Assembly: GCA_040387555.1 (NCBI GenBank)
Contig: JAZKDO010000009.1
Coordinates: 17,191 to 81,190 of the forward strand
DNA length: 64,000 bases
Direction: 5' to 3'
DNA from: Bacteroidota bacterium
GTDB taxonomy: Bacteria > Bacteroidota > Bacteroidia > B-17B0 > Aurantibacillaceae
Of this stretch, positions 29,894-39,456 are shown piece after piece. A model generated the notes under the pieces. It did no database searches and was not told the DNA's origin. It was given only the letters and a program-made list of their open reading frames with translations. The position numbers and the translations under genes were made by a program. Numbering within the stretch: the stretch's first letter is position 1; each line of letters begins with the position of its first letter.

Positions 29894-32624
29894 CTTCTTC
29901 CTCCTTTGCTTTATTACTGTTAAATTTAATAGTGGCTTTCAATAAAAAGTAACGGGATATGATGTTAGTTTTAATGTCTGTCACCACATTACTGCTAATG
30001 TCTCGGTCTACACTAATGTTTTGATTAAGCATATCATAGGCATAAAACCCTAAAATGAAATTTTCCCGTTTAAAGAAGGTTTTAGATAAAGAGGCATTCC
30101 ATACAAAATAATTAATGTTGTAGCCGTTACTTCGTTTACTATTTATGGTGTAATTAGCATCTGTTGAGAAAGTAAATTTCAAAGGTAACTTAGCATTAAT
30201 ATATCCGGAAAGCGATTGTGAAGAATAAGGTTTATTGCTGCTGTTATTTAAGGTTGAAGAAGATTGATTATAAGAATAGACTCCATTTACTCCCATTTCA
30301 AAATCATCTACTTCAAATTTTATGTTCAGATTAACAGAACTGCGGAAATCGTTCGTGGTATTTTCCAATCCATTAATGATGATTTTGTTACTGGCGTATG
30401 AGCCATTTAAGTTTGGTCCGATCTCGAGTTTTTTAGAAAAAAATGGAAGACTTGTGCCAAGGTAGCCATTGAAATTATAATTACCATTAACGTTTATGGC
30501 TTGAGAAATAGTTCTGCCAATACTGTCATAGTAGGTAGCGGTTGACATATCATTATCAGTGTACACATAAGTTAACCCCATCCAGGTGTACTTTCCGCTA
30601 ACTGATTTCCAAGAATTAAAATTCAGATCTACCTGATGTGAAAATGTTGGCAAAAGGTTAGGATTTCCGATATTGATAAAGTTTGGGTTAGTATTATCCC
30701 GTACCGGCTGTAGCTGGCTGATAGTTGGATTAACTGAACTGGTTCGGTAGTTAATACTCAAGGCTTTGTTATCAGAAAATTTGTAGCGCATGGTGGAGAA
30801 AGGCAGAATATTATTAAAATTCTGAGTCACATGTTGCTGTTTAAAAATGTTGTTATTATTGACGTATACATTCCGGGCCTTTGTACCAATCGTAAAACGA
30901 ATTTTCTTTACTTCATAAATAAACTTTAATCCTGCGCGGTTAATCTGTTTGATATTAACAAAATTGTTGGTCAGCGAGGAATCTAACTGGTTATATTCTC
31001 CGCCAATATTATTAAAGGCAGTCTTATCTTGTTTGCTTTTGTAGAACATATAGTCATAGGACACTTCAAATTTTATTTTTTTGGTGATAGGCTCAATAAA
31101 GGAAGATCCTGCAAAATGACTTTGATTCGAATTAAAACCTCTCTTCTGTTGATCTATAGATTTTAAAGAATTTAAAGAATCGACATAAGAATAATTATCT
31201 GTTTCTAAACTTCCCTCAGAGTTCGTTTCAGAAAATGAATTGTTGTAGTTTAAGGTAAGCAACCTGTCCTTCTTCATAAAACGCCTCAGTAACTTGAGGT
31301 TATTAGACAAATCGTATCCATTATTTTTATTGGTATTATTAATGAAAGTGTTTCGTGTTTTGATATTATCACTACTTAAAAAATCAGTTTCATCTTTGCT
31401 GGATAAACCGGTGGTTATTAATTTTACTTTTGAATTAAGAGTCAGGTCCGTTAAAGAATCTATTTTTTGCTCTAGACCTAGATTGATGGCATGCGCTTCA
31501 TTATTTGTAACCGATTCTGTTGCGTTTATTGAAGTATACGTTGTATCTTCTAAGAAGTACTGGGAGTTTTTATTTACTTTGGAATGAATGATACTATTAT
31601 TATAGGAATAGTTCAGGTTTATTTTTGTGTTTTTAAAAATCCTGTCGTTAAAATAAAATCCTGATTTTAGAGTTTGTGGAATACCCTGTGGCTGATTGTT
31701 TGAGTAAGACATATACATATCGCCGTCTTCATTCTGGCCACGGTCAAATTCATTATTTAACCCATATTTATAAACATCATCCCATCCAAAACTCGCATTT
31801 GGAGTGTTGCTGGCCAAACCAAATACAGAGACCTTTAGTTTCTTTTTAAAATAATTTCCCAATGCCTCACCTTCATAAAATTTTTGAAAATCACTTGCGC
31901 CGCTCAGTTTTCCGAAATAGCCTTTTTTAGCTTCGTCTTTTAATTTCAGGTTCAGAATCTTTTGAGTTTCTTCACCAGTGCTGGAATTGGCAACATCATC
32001 GCTTTTCTTTTCATATACCTGCACCGATTCTATGGCATTTGCATTGAGGTTCCTGGTTGCAACCGTGGGATCACCTCCAAAAAATTCATCTCCGTCAACC
32101 AATACTTTATCCACAGCCTTTCCCTGAGAAGTGATCTTTCCGTCTTTATCTACTTTTAATCCCGGTAGCTTTTTTAACAAGTCTTCCACCGTCGCATTGG
32201 CTTTTGTTTTAAAAGAATCTGCTGTATATATTAAGGTATCTCCTTTATAATAGATGGGATCTTTAAATGCAAAGATGGTTACCTCATCCAGTGAAACGTT
32301 CTTTGGTTGAAGAATGATCTTTCCGAAATCATATTCCAGATTTTTTTTGTCACCAAAAATAAAGTACCCCATGTCTGCAAACTTCGGGTGTGAAATGATC
32401 ACCTGGTAAGTATCGATAGGAATGGGTTTTAATTTAAAAGCACCGTTCTCATCAGTTCGGGTAAACCCTACTAACGTAGAATCCATTAATTTAATGGCCA
32501 TTATAATGGCATTTGGAAGAGGGCTTTTAGAGGCAGTATCCTGAACATTACCGGACACACTTAACTTCTGCGAGAAGGAAGAGACAGTACTTATTAAAAA
32601 TAAACAGAGTAAAATTCTCTTCAT
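29886..32624 (-). CDS. CarboxypepD_reg + plug outer-membrane beta-barrel (TonB-dependent-receptor-like)
   Basis: Signal peptide, N-terminal G-x-V-x-D...PLPNA regulatory-like domain, 912 aa. Standard partner of GLPGLI genes. Confidence 0.65.
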   Translation of the reverse strand: MKRILLCLFLISTVSSFSQKLSVSGNVQDTASKSPLPNAIIMAIKLMDSTLVGFTRTDENGAFKLKPIPIDTYQVIISHPKFADMGYFIFGDKKNLEYDFGKIILQPKNVSLDEVTIFAFKDPIYYKGDTLIYTADSFKTKANATVEDLLKKLPGLKVDKDGKITSQGKAVDKVLVDGDEFFGGDPTVATRNLNANAIESVQVYEKKSDDVANSSTGEETQKILNLKLKDEAKKGYFGKLSGASDFQKFYEGEALGNYFKKKLKVSVFGLASNTPNASFGWDDVYKYGLNNEFDRGQNEDGDMYMSYSNNQPQGIPQTLKSGFYFNDRIFKNTKINLNYSYNNSIIHSKVNKNSQYFLEDTTYTSINATESVTNNEAHAINLGLEQKIDSLTDLTLNSKVKLITTGLSSKDETDFLSSDNIKTRNTFINNTNKNNGYDLSNNLKLLRRFMKKDRLLTLNYNNSFSETNSEGSLETDNYSYVDSLNSLKSIDQQKRGFNSNQSHFAGSSFIEPITKKIKFEVSYDYMFYKSKQDKTAFNNIGGEYNQLDSSLTNNFVNIKQINRAGLKFIYEVKKIRFTIGTKARNVYVNNNNIFKQQHVTQNFNNILPFSTMRYKFSDNKALSINYRTSSVNPTISQLQPVRDNTNPNFINIGNPNLLPTFSHQVDLNFNSWKSVSGKYTWMGLTYVYTDNDMSTATYYDSIGRTISQAINVNGNYNFNGYLGTSLPFFSKKLEIGPNLNGSYASNKIIINGLENTTNDFRSSVNLNIKFEVDDFEMGVNGVYSYNQSSSTLNNSSNKPYSSQSLSGYINAKLPLKFTFSTDANYTINSKRSNGYNINYFVWNASLSKTFFKRENFILGFYAYDMLNQNISVDRDISSNVVTDIKTNIISRYFLLKATIKFNSNKAKEEEDD

Positions 32625-32737
32625 ATAATTTGCTTGAAAGCGAAAGTAATGAAGATAATAACGCAGGTTTCCTGAAAGGTGACAAAAAAAGTTAAAACAG
32701 GTTTAAATGGCTGCTTAGTAAAATAATCGGTAAGACA

Positions 32738-33739
32738 CTATTTAAAACTCTGCATCTTGACTACCAAATCTACCAAACGGTTACTGTAGCCAAATTCATT
32801 ATCATACCAACCAATGACTTTCACCAGGTTTCCAACCACACTTGTAAAATCGGAATCAAATACAACGGAGTGCGCATTACCAATCACGTCTACTGAAACC
32901 AAAGGGTCTTCAGAGTATTCAAGAATACCTCTTAATTCATTTTCAGAAGCTTCTTTAAAGGCTTTGTTGATTTGTTCCACACTTGGGTAATCAGTTAGCA
33001 CACAAGTGATATCTGTTAATGAACCATCAGCAACAGGGACACGCATACCACAGCCACCTAGCTTATCTTCCAAATCAGGGAAAATTTTACCAAGTGCTTT
33101 AGCCGCACCTGTACTCGTTGGTATAATGCTTAGTGCTGCGGCACGGGCTCTTCTCAAATCTTTATGAGGAGCGTCATGCAAACGCTGGTCACCGGTATAG
33201 GAGTGAACTGTAGTTACATAAGCTTCTTCAATGCCCCATTGTTTTAAAACCTGCAACATTGGTGAGGCACAATTCGTTGTACAGGATGCGTTGGATACGA
33301 TGGTATCTGTTGCTAATAGTTGATCATCATTCACACCCATCACGATGGTTTGAATATCATCATCTTTTGCAGGGGCAGACAAAATAATTTTTTTAGCGCC
33401 AGCATTCAAATGTTTTTGAGCCGACTCTTTATCTAAAAATAAACCGGTAGATTCAATTACAATATCAATTCCAAGTTCTTTCCAGGGTAATTTTTCAGGA
33501 TCTTTGGAAGCAAATATCTTCACTTCTTTTCCATTAACATAAATATGTGTGGCATCATGTGTGATCTCACCAGGGAAACGACGGTGCACAGAGTCGTATT
33601 TTAGAAGATGGGCCAGGGTAGCAGAATCTGTAATATCATTGATGGCAACTATATTAATGTCCGGATGATTAAAAGCGCATCTGAAAAATACTCTTCCGAT
33701 TCTTCCGAAACCATTGATAGCAACATTTATCTTTTTCAT
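32738..33739 (-). CDS. gap: Glyceraldehyde-3-phosphate dehydrogenase, type I
   Basis: INGFGRIGR and SCTTNC motifs, 333 aa. Confidence 0.9.
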   Translation of the reverse strand: MKKINVAINGFGRIGRVFFRCAFNHPDINIVAINDITDSATLAHLLKYDSVHRRFPGEITHDATHIYVNGKEVKIFASKDPEKLPWKELGIDIVIESTGLFLDKESAQKHLNAGAKKIILSAPAKDDDIQTIVMGVNDDQLLATDTIVSNASCTTNCASPMLQVLKQWGIEEAYVTTVHSYTGDQRLHDAPHKDLRRARAAALSIIPTSTGAAKALGKIFPDLEDKLGGCGMRVPVADGSLTDITCVLTDYPSVEQINKAFKEASENELRGILEYSEDPLVSVDVIGNAHSVVFDSDFTSVVGNLVKVIGWYDNEFGYSNRLVDLVVKMQSFK

Positions 33740-33847
33740 AATAGTAAGTTTAAAGTCTTGTAAAGTTACACTAAAGTTTAATCAATGTAAAACGGATTCG
33801 CATGAGTAAAATTGTAGCATTAAGGATTAATTTAAATTGTAGCATTT

Positions 33848-33869
33848 CTCGATTTCGCTCGAAGTGACA
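33848..33869 (-). repeat. Single dispersed copy of the 22-nt tgtcaYttcRagcgaaRtc element
   Basis: The reverse complement reads tgtcacttcgagcgaaatcgag, which resembles the three tandem units at 49207-49272. Confidence 0.4.
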
Positions 33870-33896
33870 AACAGCAAGACTTATATTGATGAAGAA

Positions 33897-34508
33897 TTAC
33901 TTCACTTCAAATTCCAAAAACAAGTCCTCTTTGATAAAACCCTGTAATTTATCACCAATTTTTACCGGGCCTACACCTTCCGGTGTTCCGGAATAAATTA
34001 AATCACCAACTTTTAGTGTTACAAATTGAGATACATAAGCAATGATTTTGTCGAAGCTGAACAACATGTCTTTTGTATTACCAATTTGTTTGGATTCGCC
34101 ATTGATCTTTAATTCAAAGCCAATGTCCGATAAATTTCCCAATAGGTTTTTGGAAACAAATTTACCGATAGGAGCAGAGCCATCAAAAGCTTTTGCTTTT
34201 TCCCAGGGCAATCCTTTTTCTTTCGCTTTCGCTTGTAAGTCTCTGGCAGTAAAATCTATACCAAGGCCTATTTCGTCAAAATATTTATGTGCAAACTCTT
34301 CTTTAATATGTTTCCCAACTTTATTAATTTTTAAAACGATCTCAATTTCATGGTGAAGGTCTTTGGTAAACTCAGGATAATAGAATGATTCACCATCTTT
34401 TAATAAAGCCGTATCCGGTTTCATAAAAAATACCGGCTCTGTTGGGATAGCGTTGTTTAATTCTTTAGCGTGTTCAGCGTAGTTACGGCCTATGCAAATG
34501 ATCTTCAT
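33897..34508 (-). CDS. Fumarylacetoacetate hydrolase family protein
   Basis: 203 aa, KIICIGRNY...HHEIE...GTPEGVG pattern. Confidence 0.75.
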   Translation of the reverse strand: MKIICIGRNYAEHAKELNNAIPTEPVFFMKPDTALLKDGESFYYPEFTKDLHHEIEIVLKINKVGKHIKEEFAHKYFDEIGLGIDFTARDLQAKAKEKGLPWEKAKAFDGSAPIGKFVSKNLLGNLSDIGFELKINGESKQIGNTKDMLFSFDKIIAYVSQFVTLKVGDLIYSGTPEGVGPVKIGDKLQGFIKEDLFLEFEVK

Positions 34509-34633
34509 AATTATAGTTTTGAGATACAGAGTTACACAAACAGATTGTTTATTGCAATTTATTCGAAGAATATTTAATAAAATAAACCCAATAACACTTT
34601 TTTGTGAGTATTGAAAATCCAGATCAATAATCT

Positions 34634-34641
34634 TATATTTG
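34634..34641 (+). promoter_or_regulatory. -7 box TATATTTG upstream of lhgO
   Basis: Exact TAnnTTTG match 21 nt upstream of the ATG. Confidence 0.45.
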
Positions 34642-34661
34642 AGAAATTTACAATCATTTAA

Positions 34662-35882
34662 ATGAGCACTACAAACTACGATATCATTATAGTTGGCGGC
34701 GGAATAGTTGGATTAGCAACGGCTTATAAACTAACCCTACAAAATCCAAATAAAACGATTTTAGTTCTTGAAAAAGAAAAAGAAGTGGCAGCGCATCAAA
34801 CCGGGCATAACTCCGGTGTGATTCATTCAGGCATTTATTATAAACCCGGCTCCTATAAAGCCATTAATTGCGTTGCCGGAAGAAGAGAGTTGATGGAGTT
34901 CGTCAAAGAACATAACATTCCTCATGACCTTTGCGGGAAGATTATTGTAGCAACCGAAGAAAGTGAACTTGCTCACTTGAACAAGGTATTTAACAATGGT
35001 TTAGCGAATGGTGTAGAGGGTATTGAAATGATTGACGCGAAACGTATCAGTGAAATTGAGCCCTATTGTAAAGGCATTGCGGGCATCTGGGTGCCATGTA
35101 CCGGTATTATTGATTACACAGATGTTGCCAGAAAATATGTGGAGTTGATTCATTCTAAAAATAATGGCAGTAAAGTATTGACAGGCCATAAAGTAACAGG
35201 CTTTGATAAGATAGGTAATACAACAAATGTAATTACTGAACACGGAACGTTTAATTGTAAATATTTAATTTCCTGTGCAGGTCTACAAGCCGACCGTATT
35301 ACAAAAAAGGATCATGTGAAAACCGATTCTGCTATTGTTGGTTTCAGAGGAGATTATTATGACCTGACAGAGAAGGGCAGAAAGAAAGTAAAGAATTTAA
35401 TTTACCCGGTTCCCAATCCAGAGTTTCCATTTTTGGGCGTACACTTTACCCGCATGATTAAAGGCGGTGTGGAGTGCGGACCTAACGCCGTATTTGTATT
35501 CGACAGGGAAGGTTATAGTAAAACAGCTTTTAGTTTAAGAGATACATTAGCAGCTTTTGGTTTTTTAGGTACCTGGAAATTCTTTAAAAAACACTGGCGT
35601 TTTGGATTGGATGAATACCGTGGTGCTTTTAGCAAAACGTATTTCTTAAACCGTTTGAGAAAGTTAATTCCTGATTTGCAGATGGACGATATTGAACCGG
35701 CGCGCTGCGGAATCCGTGCGATGGCATTAGGACCGGAAGGTGATATGCTGGATGATTTTAAAATCGAATACCAGGGAAATTCAATGCATGTGATTAATTC
35801 TCCATCACCGGCAGCAACGGCTTCTTTGGCTTACGGAAATGAGATTGCCAAGAAGGCCAAGGAGTATTTTAAACTGAATTAA
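34662..35882 (+). CDS. lhgO: L-2-hydroxyglutarate oxidase-like FAD oxidoreductase
   Basis: DIIIVGGGIVGLA Rossmann motif, HNSGVIHSGIYY, 406 aa. Confidence 0.7.
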   Translation: MSTTNYDIIIVGGGIVGLATAYKLTLQNPNKTILVLEKEKEVAAHQTGHNSGVIHSGIYYKPGSYKAINCVAGRRELMEFVKEHNIPHDLCGKIIVATEESELAHLNKVFNNGLANGVEGIEMIDAKRISEIEPYCKGIAGIWVPCTGIIDYTDVARKYVELIHSKNNGSKVLTGHKVTGFDKIGNTTNVITEHGTFNCKYLISCAGLQADRITKKDHVKTDSAIVGFRGDYYDLTEKGRKKVKNLIYPVPNPEFPFLGVHFTRMIKGGVECGPNAVFVFDREGYSKTAFSLRDTLAAFGFLGTWKFFKKHWRFGLDEYRGAFSKTYFLNRLRKLIPDLQMDDIEPARCGIRAMALGPEGDMLDDFKIEYQGNSMHVINSPSPAATASLAYGNEIAKKAKEYFKLN

Positions 35883-35922
35883 AATTATTTTTTTCTTAGA
35901 ATTATATGTCTTTTAGAAAGCT

Positions 35923-37119
35923 CTAGGCGCTTTTGTCAAATTCTATTTCATCACCTATCTCTATTTTATCAGCTGGCTTTTCTAAAGGTAATGTAAAGTA
36001 AAATGAGGAGCCTTCACCTTCAACGCTTTCTACCCAAATTTCACCACTGTTTTTTTCAAGAAAGCCTTTCACTAAAAGTAATCCTATACCGGCTCCCTTA
36101 TTTTCTTTTCGTGCTTCTGAAAGTGAATTAATCTGAGGAGTAAATAACCTATCCTGTATTTCTTTAGACATGCCTATGCCATTATCCTTTATCTGAATTA
36201 CTAATTTATTTTCGCTTTTTTTTGCGGTAACAGTTATATCGCCGCCTGCATTTGAGTGTTTTATAGCATTTGAAACGATGTTTTGAAGTACAGATAGCAA
36301 CATTTTTTCATCTGCAAATACACTTTCATTTTCCGCTATTTCATGATGAAGATTAATGGTATTAACAGACGCTGTTTCTTTTAAAGTCTCAAATACTTTA
36401 TTAACATACTTTGAAAGCAGAATTTTAGCAGGAGTAAAAACATCTGAAGCATATTTGATTCTCGCCCATTCAACAAGGTAGTCCAGCATATTCAATTCAT
36501 CTGTTGAAGCTTTGTGTAATTGCCCAAGCATTTCTTTTACTGCTTCAGGTTTCATTCTGTCAAAGTTTTCCTTCAGGTATTTTGTTCCTTGTATAATTCC
36601 GGTTAACGGACTTCTTAAATCATGGGACAAAATTGCCAGGATACTTTCTTTGTGAGTATTGAGTTCTTCAAGTTCTTTTACATATTTTTTAACAGCTTCC
36701 TCCGTATTTCTTCTTTCAGTTAAATCCCTTAAAATCTTAACATAACCAAGGAGTTCCCCTTCCAAACCAGTGAAGGGAAAAACCAAACCATAAGCGTAAA
36801 ATTCACTTCCATCTTTACAAACATGCCATCTGTTATCAACTGCTCTGCCTTCTTTTAGTGCATTATCAATTTCTGTTTTCGGGATACCATTTTTTTTATC
36901 CTCTTCTGAAAATATGATATCAAAAGGTTGCCCCACAGCTTCTTCAGTTGTATATCCAAAAATTGTTGCCGATCCTGAACTCCAACTATTAATATTTAAT
37001 TCTTTATCCAGGGTAAATATCGAATAGTCCTGCAAGCTATCAATCAACTGGCTATAAAACTCGGAAGTAGGTACGTATACGTTGTTAAGAATTTTTGGTG
37101 CAGTTTTTTCGTCTTTCAT
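35923..37119 (-). CDS. Cytoplasmic PAS-domain sensor histidine kinase (orphan)
   Basis: PAS domain, H-box SHDLRSPL, then N/G boxes (NAIKHS, DNGIGM, GAGIGL). No response regulator gene is adjacent. Confidence 0.8.
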   Translation of the reverse strand: MKDEKTAPKILNNVYVPTSEFYSQLIDSLQDYSIFTLDKELNINSWSSGSATIFGYTTEEAVGQPFDIIFSEEDKKNGIPKTEIDNALKEGRAVDNRWHVCKDGSEFYAYGLVFPFTGLEGELLGYVKILRDLTERRNTEEAVKKYVKELEELNTHKESILAILSHDLRSPLTGIIQGTKYLKENFDRMKPEAVKEMLGQLHKASTDELNMLDYLVEWARIKYASDVFTPAKILLSKYVNKVFETLKETASVNTINLHHEIAENESVFADEKMLLSVLQNIVSNAIKHSNAGGDITVTAKKSENKLVIQIKDNGIGMSKEIQDRLFTPQINSLSEARKENKGAGIGLLLVKGFLEKNSGEIWVESVEGEGSSFYFTLPLEKPADKIEIGDEIEFDKSA

Positions 37120-37342
37120 ATTTTGAAATTAAAGAGAAGTAAAGTTTTTTGTGTAATTATATATAACAATTGTTTCGATGAAGGTACTATAAAAACAGTA
37201 GGAATACGTTTGCATAAATAATAGGAAAAACATTGAAATTTTAATTAATCCGGAATATTATTTTAGACCCTTGGATTGATGATTTTAGGGTTCTTTTGCT
37301 ATTATAAAAATAAACACAGATATTGTACAAACATTTTAGAGT

Positions 37343-38068
37343 ATGACAAAAACAAACTGGCCAACTGCTTTACAACCCTTACTGGATAAGTATAAAGGTA
37401 AACAACATCCTTTAGATTATAAAAATACTTACCAGTTAATGATCATGGTAATTTTGTCGGCGCAGGACTCCGATAAGCATATCAATTCACTGGCACCGGT
37501 TTTATTTAAAGAATTTCCAAATTTAAAAGTACTGGCCAATTCAAGTATTGATTCATTAATTCCTTTTATTTCGAAGGTTCGTAATTTTGGCAACAAAGCA
37601 AACTGGATCATACAAATTGCAAAAACATTAAAAGAAGATAAAAATATTCCTTTAACAATGGAGGGTTTAACGGCACTTCCAGGTATTGGCAGAAAATCTG
37701 CGAATGTTATTATGCGGGAGTCCGGTATAAAAGCCGAAGGCATTATTGTAGATTTGCATGTAGTTCGTGTGGCCCCCCGTTTAGGAATTGCTGGTGGTAC
37801 AGATCCTAAGAAAATAGAAATTCAATTAATGGAAGTTATGCCGGAAAATACCTGGGGCGAGATCGGTATGGCTATTTCTTTTCTGGGTCGCGAAACCTGC
37901 AGGCCTACCAATCCTATGCATGATGAATGTGTTGTAAGAAAGGATTGTGAATATTGTAGGACCGGAAAAGTTGCTGAGGATAAACCACGAGAGAAAAAGA
38001 TAACTTTAAAAAAAGTTGCTCCAAAAAAAGAATCAGTGAAAAAATCTGCAACTAAAAAACGTGAATAA
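37343..38068 (+). CDS. Endonuclease III-like HhH-GPD glycosylase with Lys-rich C-terminal tail
   Basis: LPGIGRKSANVI HhH motif. Four Cys (C-x9-C-x5-C-x2-C), then ~40 aa of K-rich tail. Confidence 0.65.
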   Translation: MTKTNWPTALQPLLDKYKGKQHPLDYKNTYQLMIMVILSAQDSDKHINSLAPVLFKEFPNLKVLANSSIDSLIPFISKVRNFGNKANWIIQIAKTLKEDKNIPLTMEGLTALPGIGRKSANVIMRESGIKAEGIIVDLHVVRVAPRLGIAGGTDPKKIEIQLMEVMPENTWGEIGMAISFLGRETCRPTNPMHDECVVRKDCEYCRTGKVAEDKPREKKITLKKVAPKKESVKKSATKKRE

Positions 38069-38081
38069 GTTTTGAATACCG

Positions 38082-39290
38082 TTATTCAAGTACAACTTTT
38101 TTAAGAAGCTTTTTTTCATCTACCCACACTTCCAGTAGATAGATGCCTTTCACGTTTGAACTTAAATCAATTTGTTTTTTTGGTTCTGAAAACATTTCCT
38201 GTGAAAGGCATTGGCCAAGATTATTATATATGCATAATTTATATTTTTGTGAGGACGCTTTTATGTCGAGCATAAATAGTCCGTTGGTGGGATTGGGATA
38301 AATAGTGATATCATCGTTCATTTCGTTTTCAAAACCGCCACTTGTCAAATCTGTTGAGAATTCCCACAAATCTTTTTCAAGAAGCGGGTAGGGACTATCA
38401 CCGTAAAAGCCACCGGTGGAAATGTATCCTTTGTTTCCAACTCTGACTGCGGTTGCCATGCATCTGCCAGACCCACTAAAATCTGATAATTGTGTCCATT
38501 TATCCGTAACCTGATCCCATTCCCATACAGACTGCAGTGTATTTCCAAAGTTATCTTTTCCCGCAATCATATAAGCTTTTTTACCAATGGAAAATGCAGA
38601 AATACCAATACCAGTTGGGCCATTAAAGGAAGAACGTTGAGTCCAGGTGTTGGAAGTTTGATCCCACTCCCAAAGATCATGTAGTGCGTTGATATTTAAT
38701 CCTCCTACAATATAAGCTTTTGTTCCGATGGTAAAAGCTGCAGCGAAAGTTCTGGGACTTCCAGGGAAGTCAGCCTTTTTATTCCAATTGTTGCTTATTT
38801 GATCCCATTCCCATAAATCATTTAAATGATCTCCGTTTCCACCGGTTACAATATATCCTTTATCGCCAATCGAAAAACCCACACCCTGTGCTCTTGGACC
38901 ACCACCTAAATTTTTTTTCTGTGTCCAGGTATTTGTAGAAGCATCATACTCCCAAAAATCTTCCTGCCAACCGGATTGATTTCCGCCACCACCAATATAG
39001 CCTTTGTTTCCTATGGAAAAAGAAAATGCGTCATATCGTGGGCCACCTGGAAAGTTCTCTTTTTGAATCCATGAATTGGTGAGTTGATTCCATTGCCAAA
39101 TGTCATCCGTTCCCCAACGGTTCGCAGAAGTTTCTCCAGTACCTATATATAAACAATTATTGATCGAAAATCCAATAGCCCTGTTTCTTGCTTCACCTGA
39201 CAGGTTATTTTTTTGTGTCCATGAATTTTGACACGTTAATGTTGAAGCTGTTACAACAATAAATTGAATAAAAAGTATCAGAGTCTTCAT
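38082..39290 (-). CDS. Kelch-repeat beta-propeller protein with T9SS type A C-terminal sorting domain
   Basis: Six W-x-Q/K ... G-x-R ... F-x-I-G-x-K-(A/G)-Y repeats. The CTD reads IYPNPTNGLFMLDI...KGIYLLEV. Confidence 0.75.
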   Translation of the reverse strand: MKTLILFIQFIVVTASTLTCQNSWTQKNNLSGEARNRAIGFSINNCLYIGTGETSANRWGTDDIWQWNQLTNSWIQKENFPGGPRYDAFSFSIGNKGYIGGGGNQSGWQEDFWEYDASTNTWTQKKNLGGGPRAQGVGFSIGDKGYIVTGGNGDHLNDLWEWDQISNNWNKKADFPGSPRTFAAAFTIGTKAYIVGGLNINALHDLWEWDQTSNTWTQRSSFNGPTGIGISAFSIGKKAYMIAGKDNFGNTLQSVWEWDQVTDKWTQLSDFSGSGRCMATAVRVGNKGYISTGGFYGDSPYPLLEKDLWEFSTDLTSGGFENEMNDDITIYPNPTNGLFMLDIKASSQKYKLCIYNNLGQCLSQEMFSEPKKQIDLSSNVKGIYLLEVWVDEKKLLKKVVLE

Positions 39291-39456
39291 GGCTGTAACA
39301 AACGTATAACAAATCTACATCTGGTTTCATAAAAGGTATTTTCTTTTCGTTCGGGTCGTAGTTTTAATCGTTCAGTCATTACTGTTTTGGGTTTTTAAAA
39401 CAGTATTTTTAGATAGAAAATTAAATTCTTCTTCGTATGTTTGATTTATACAAGTG

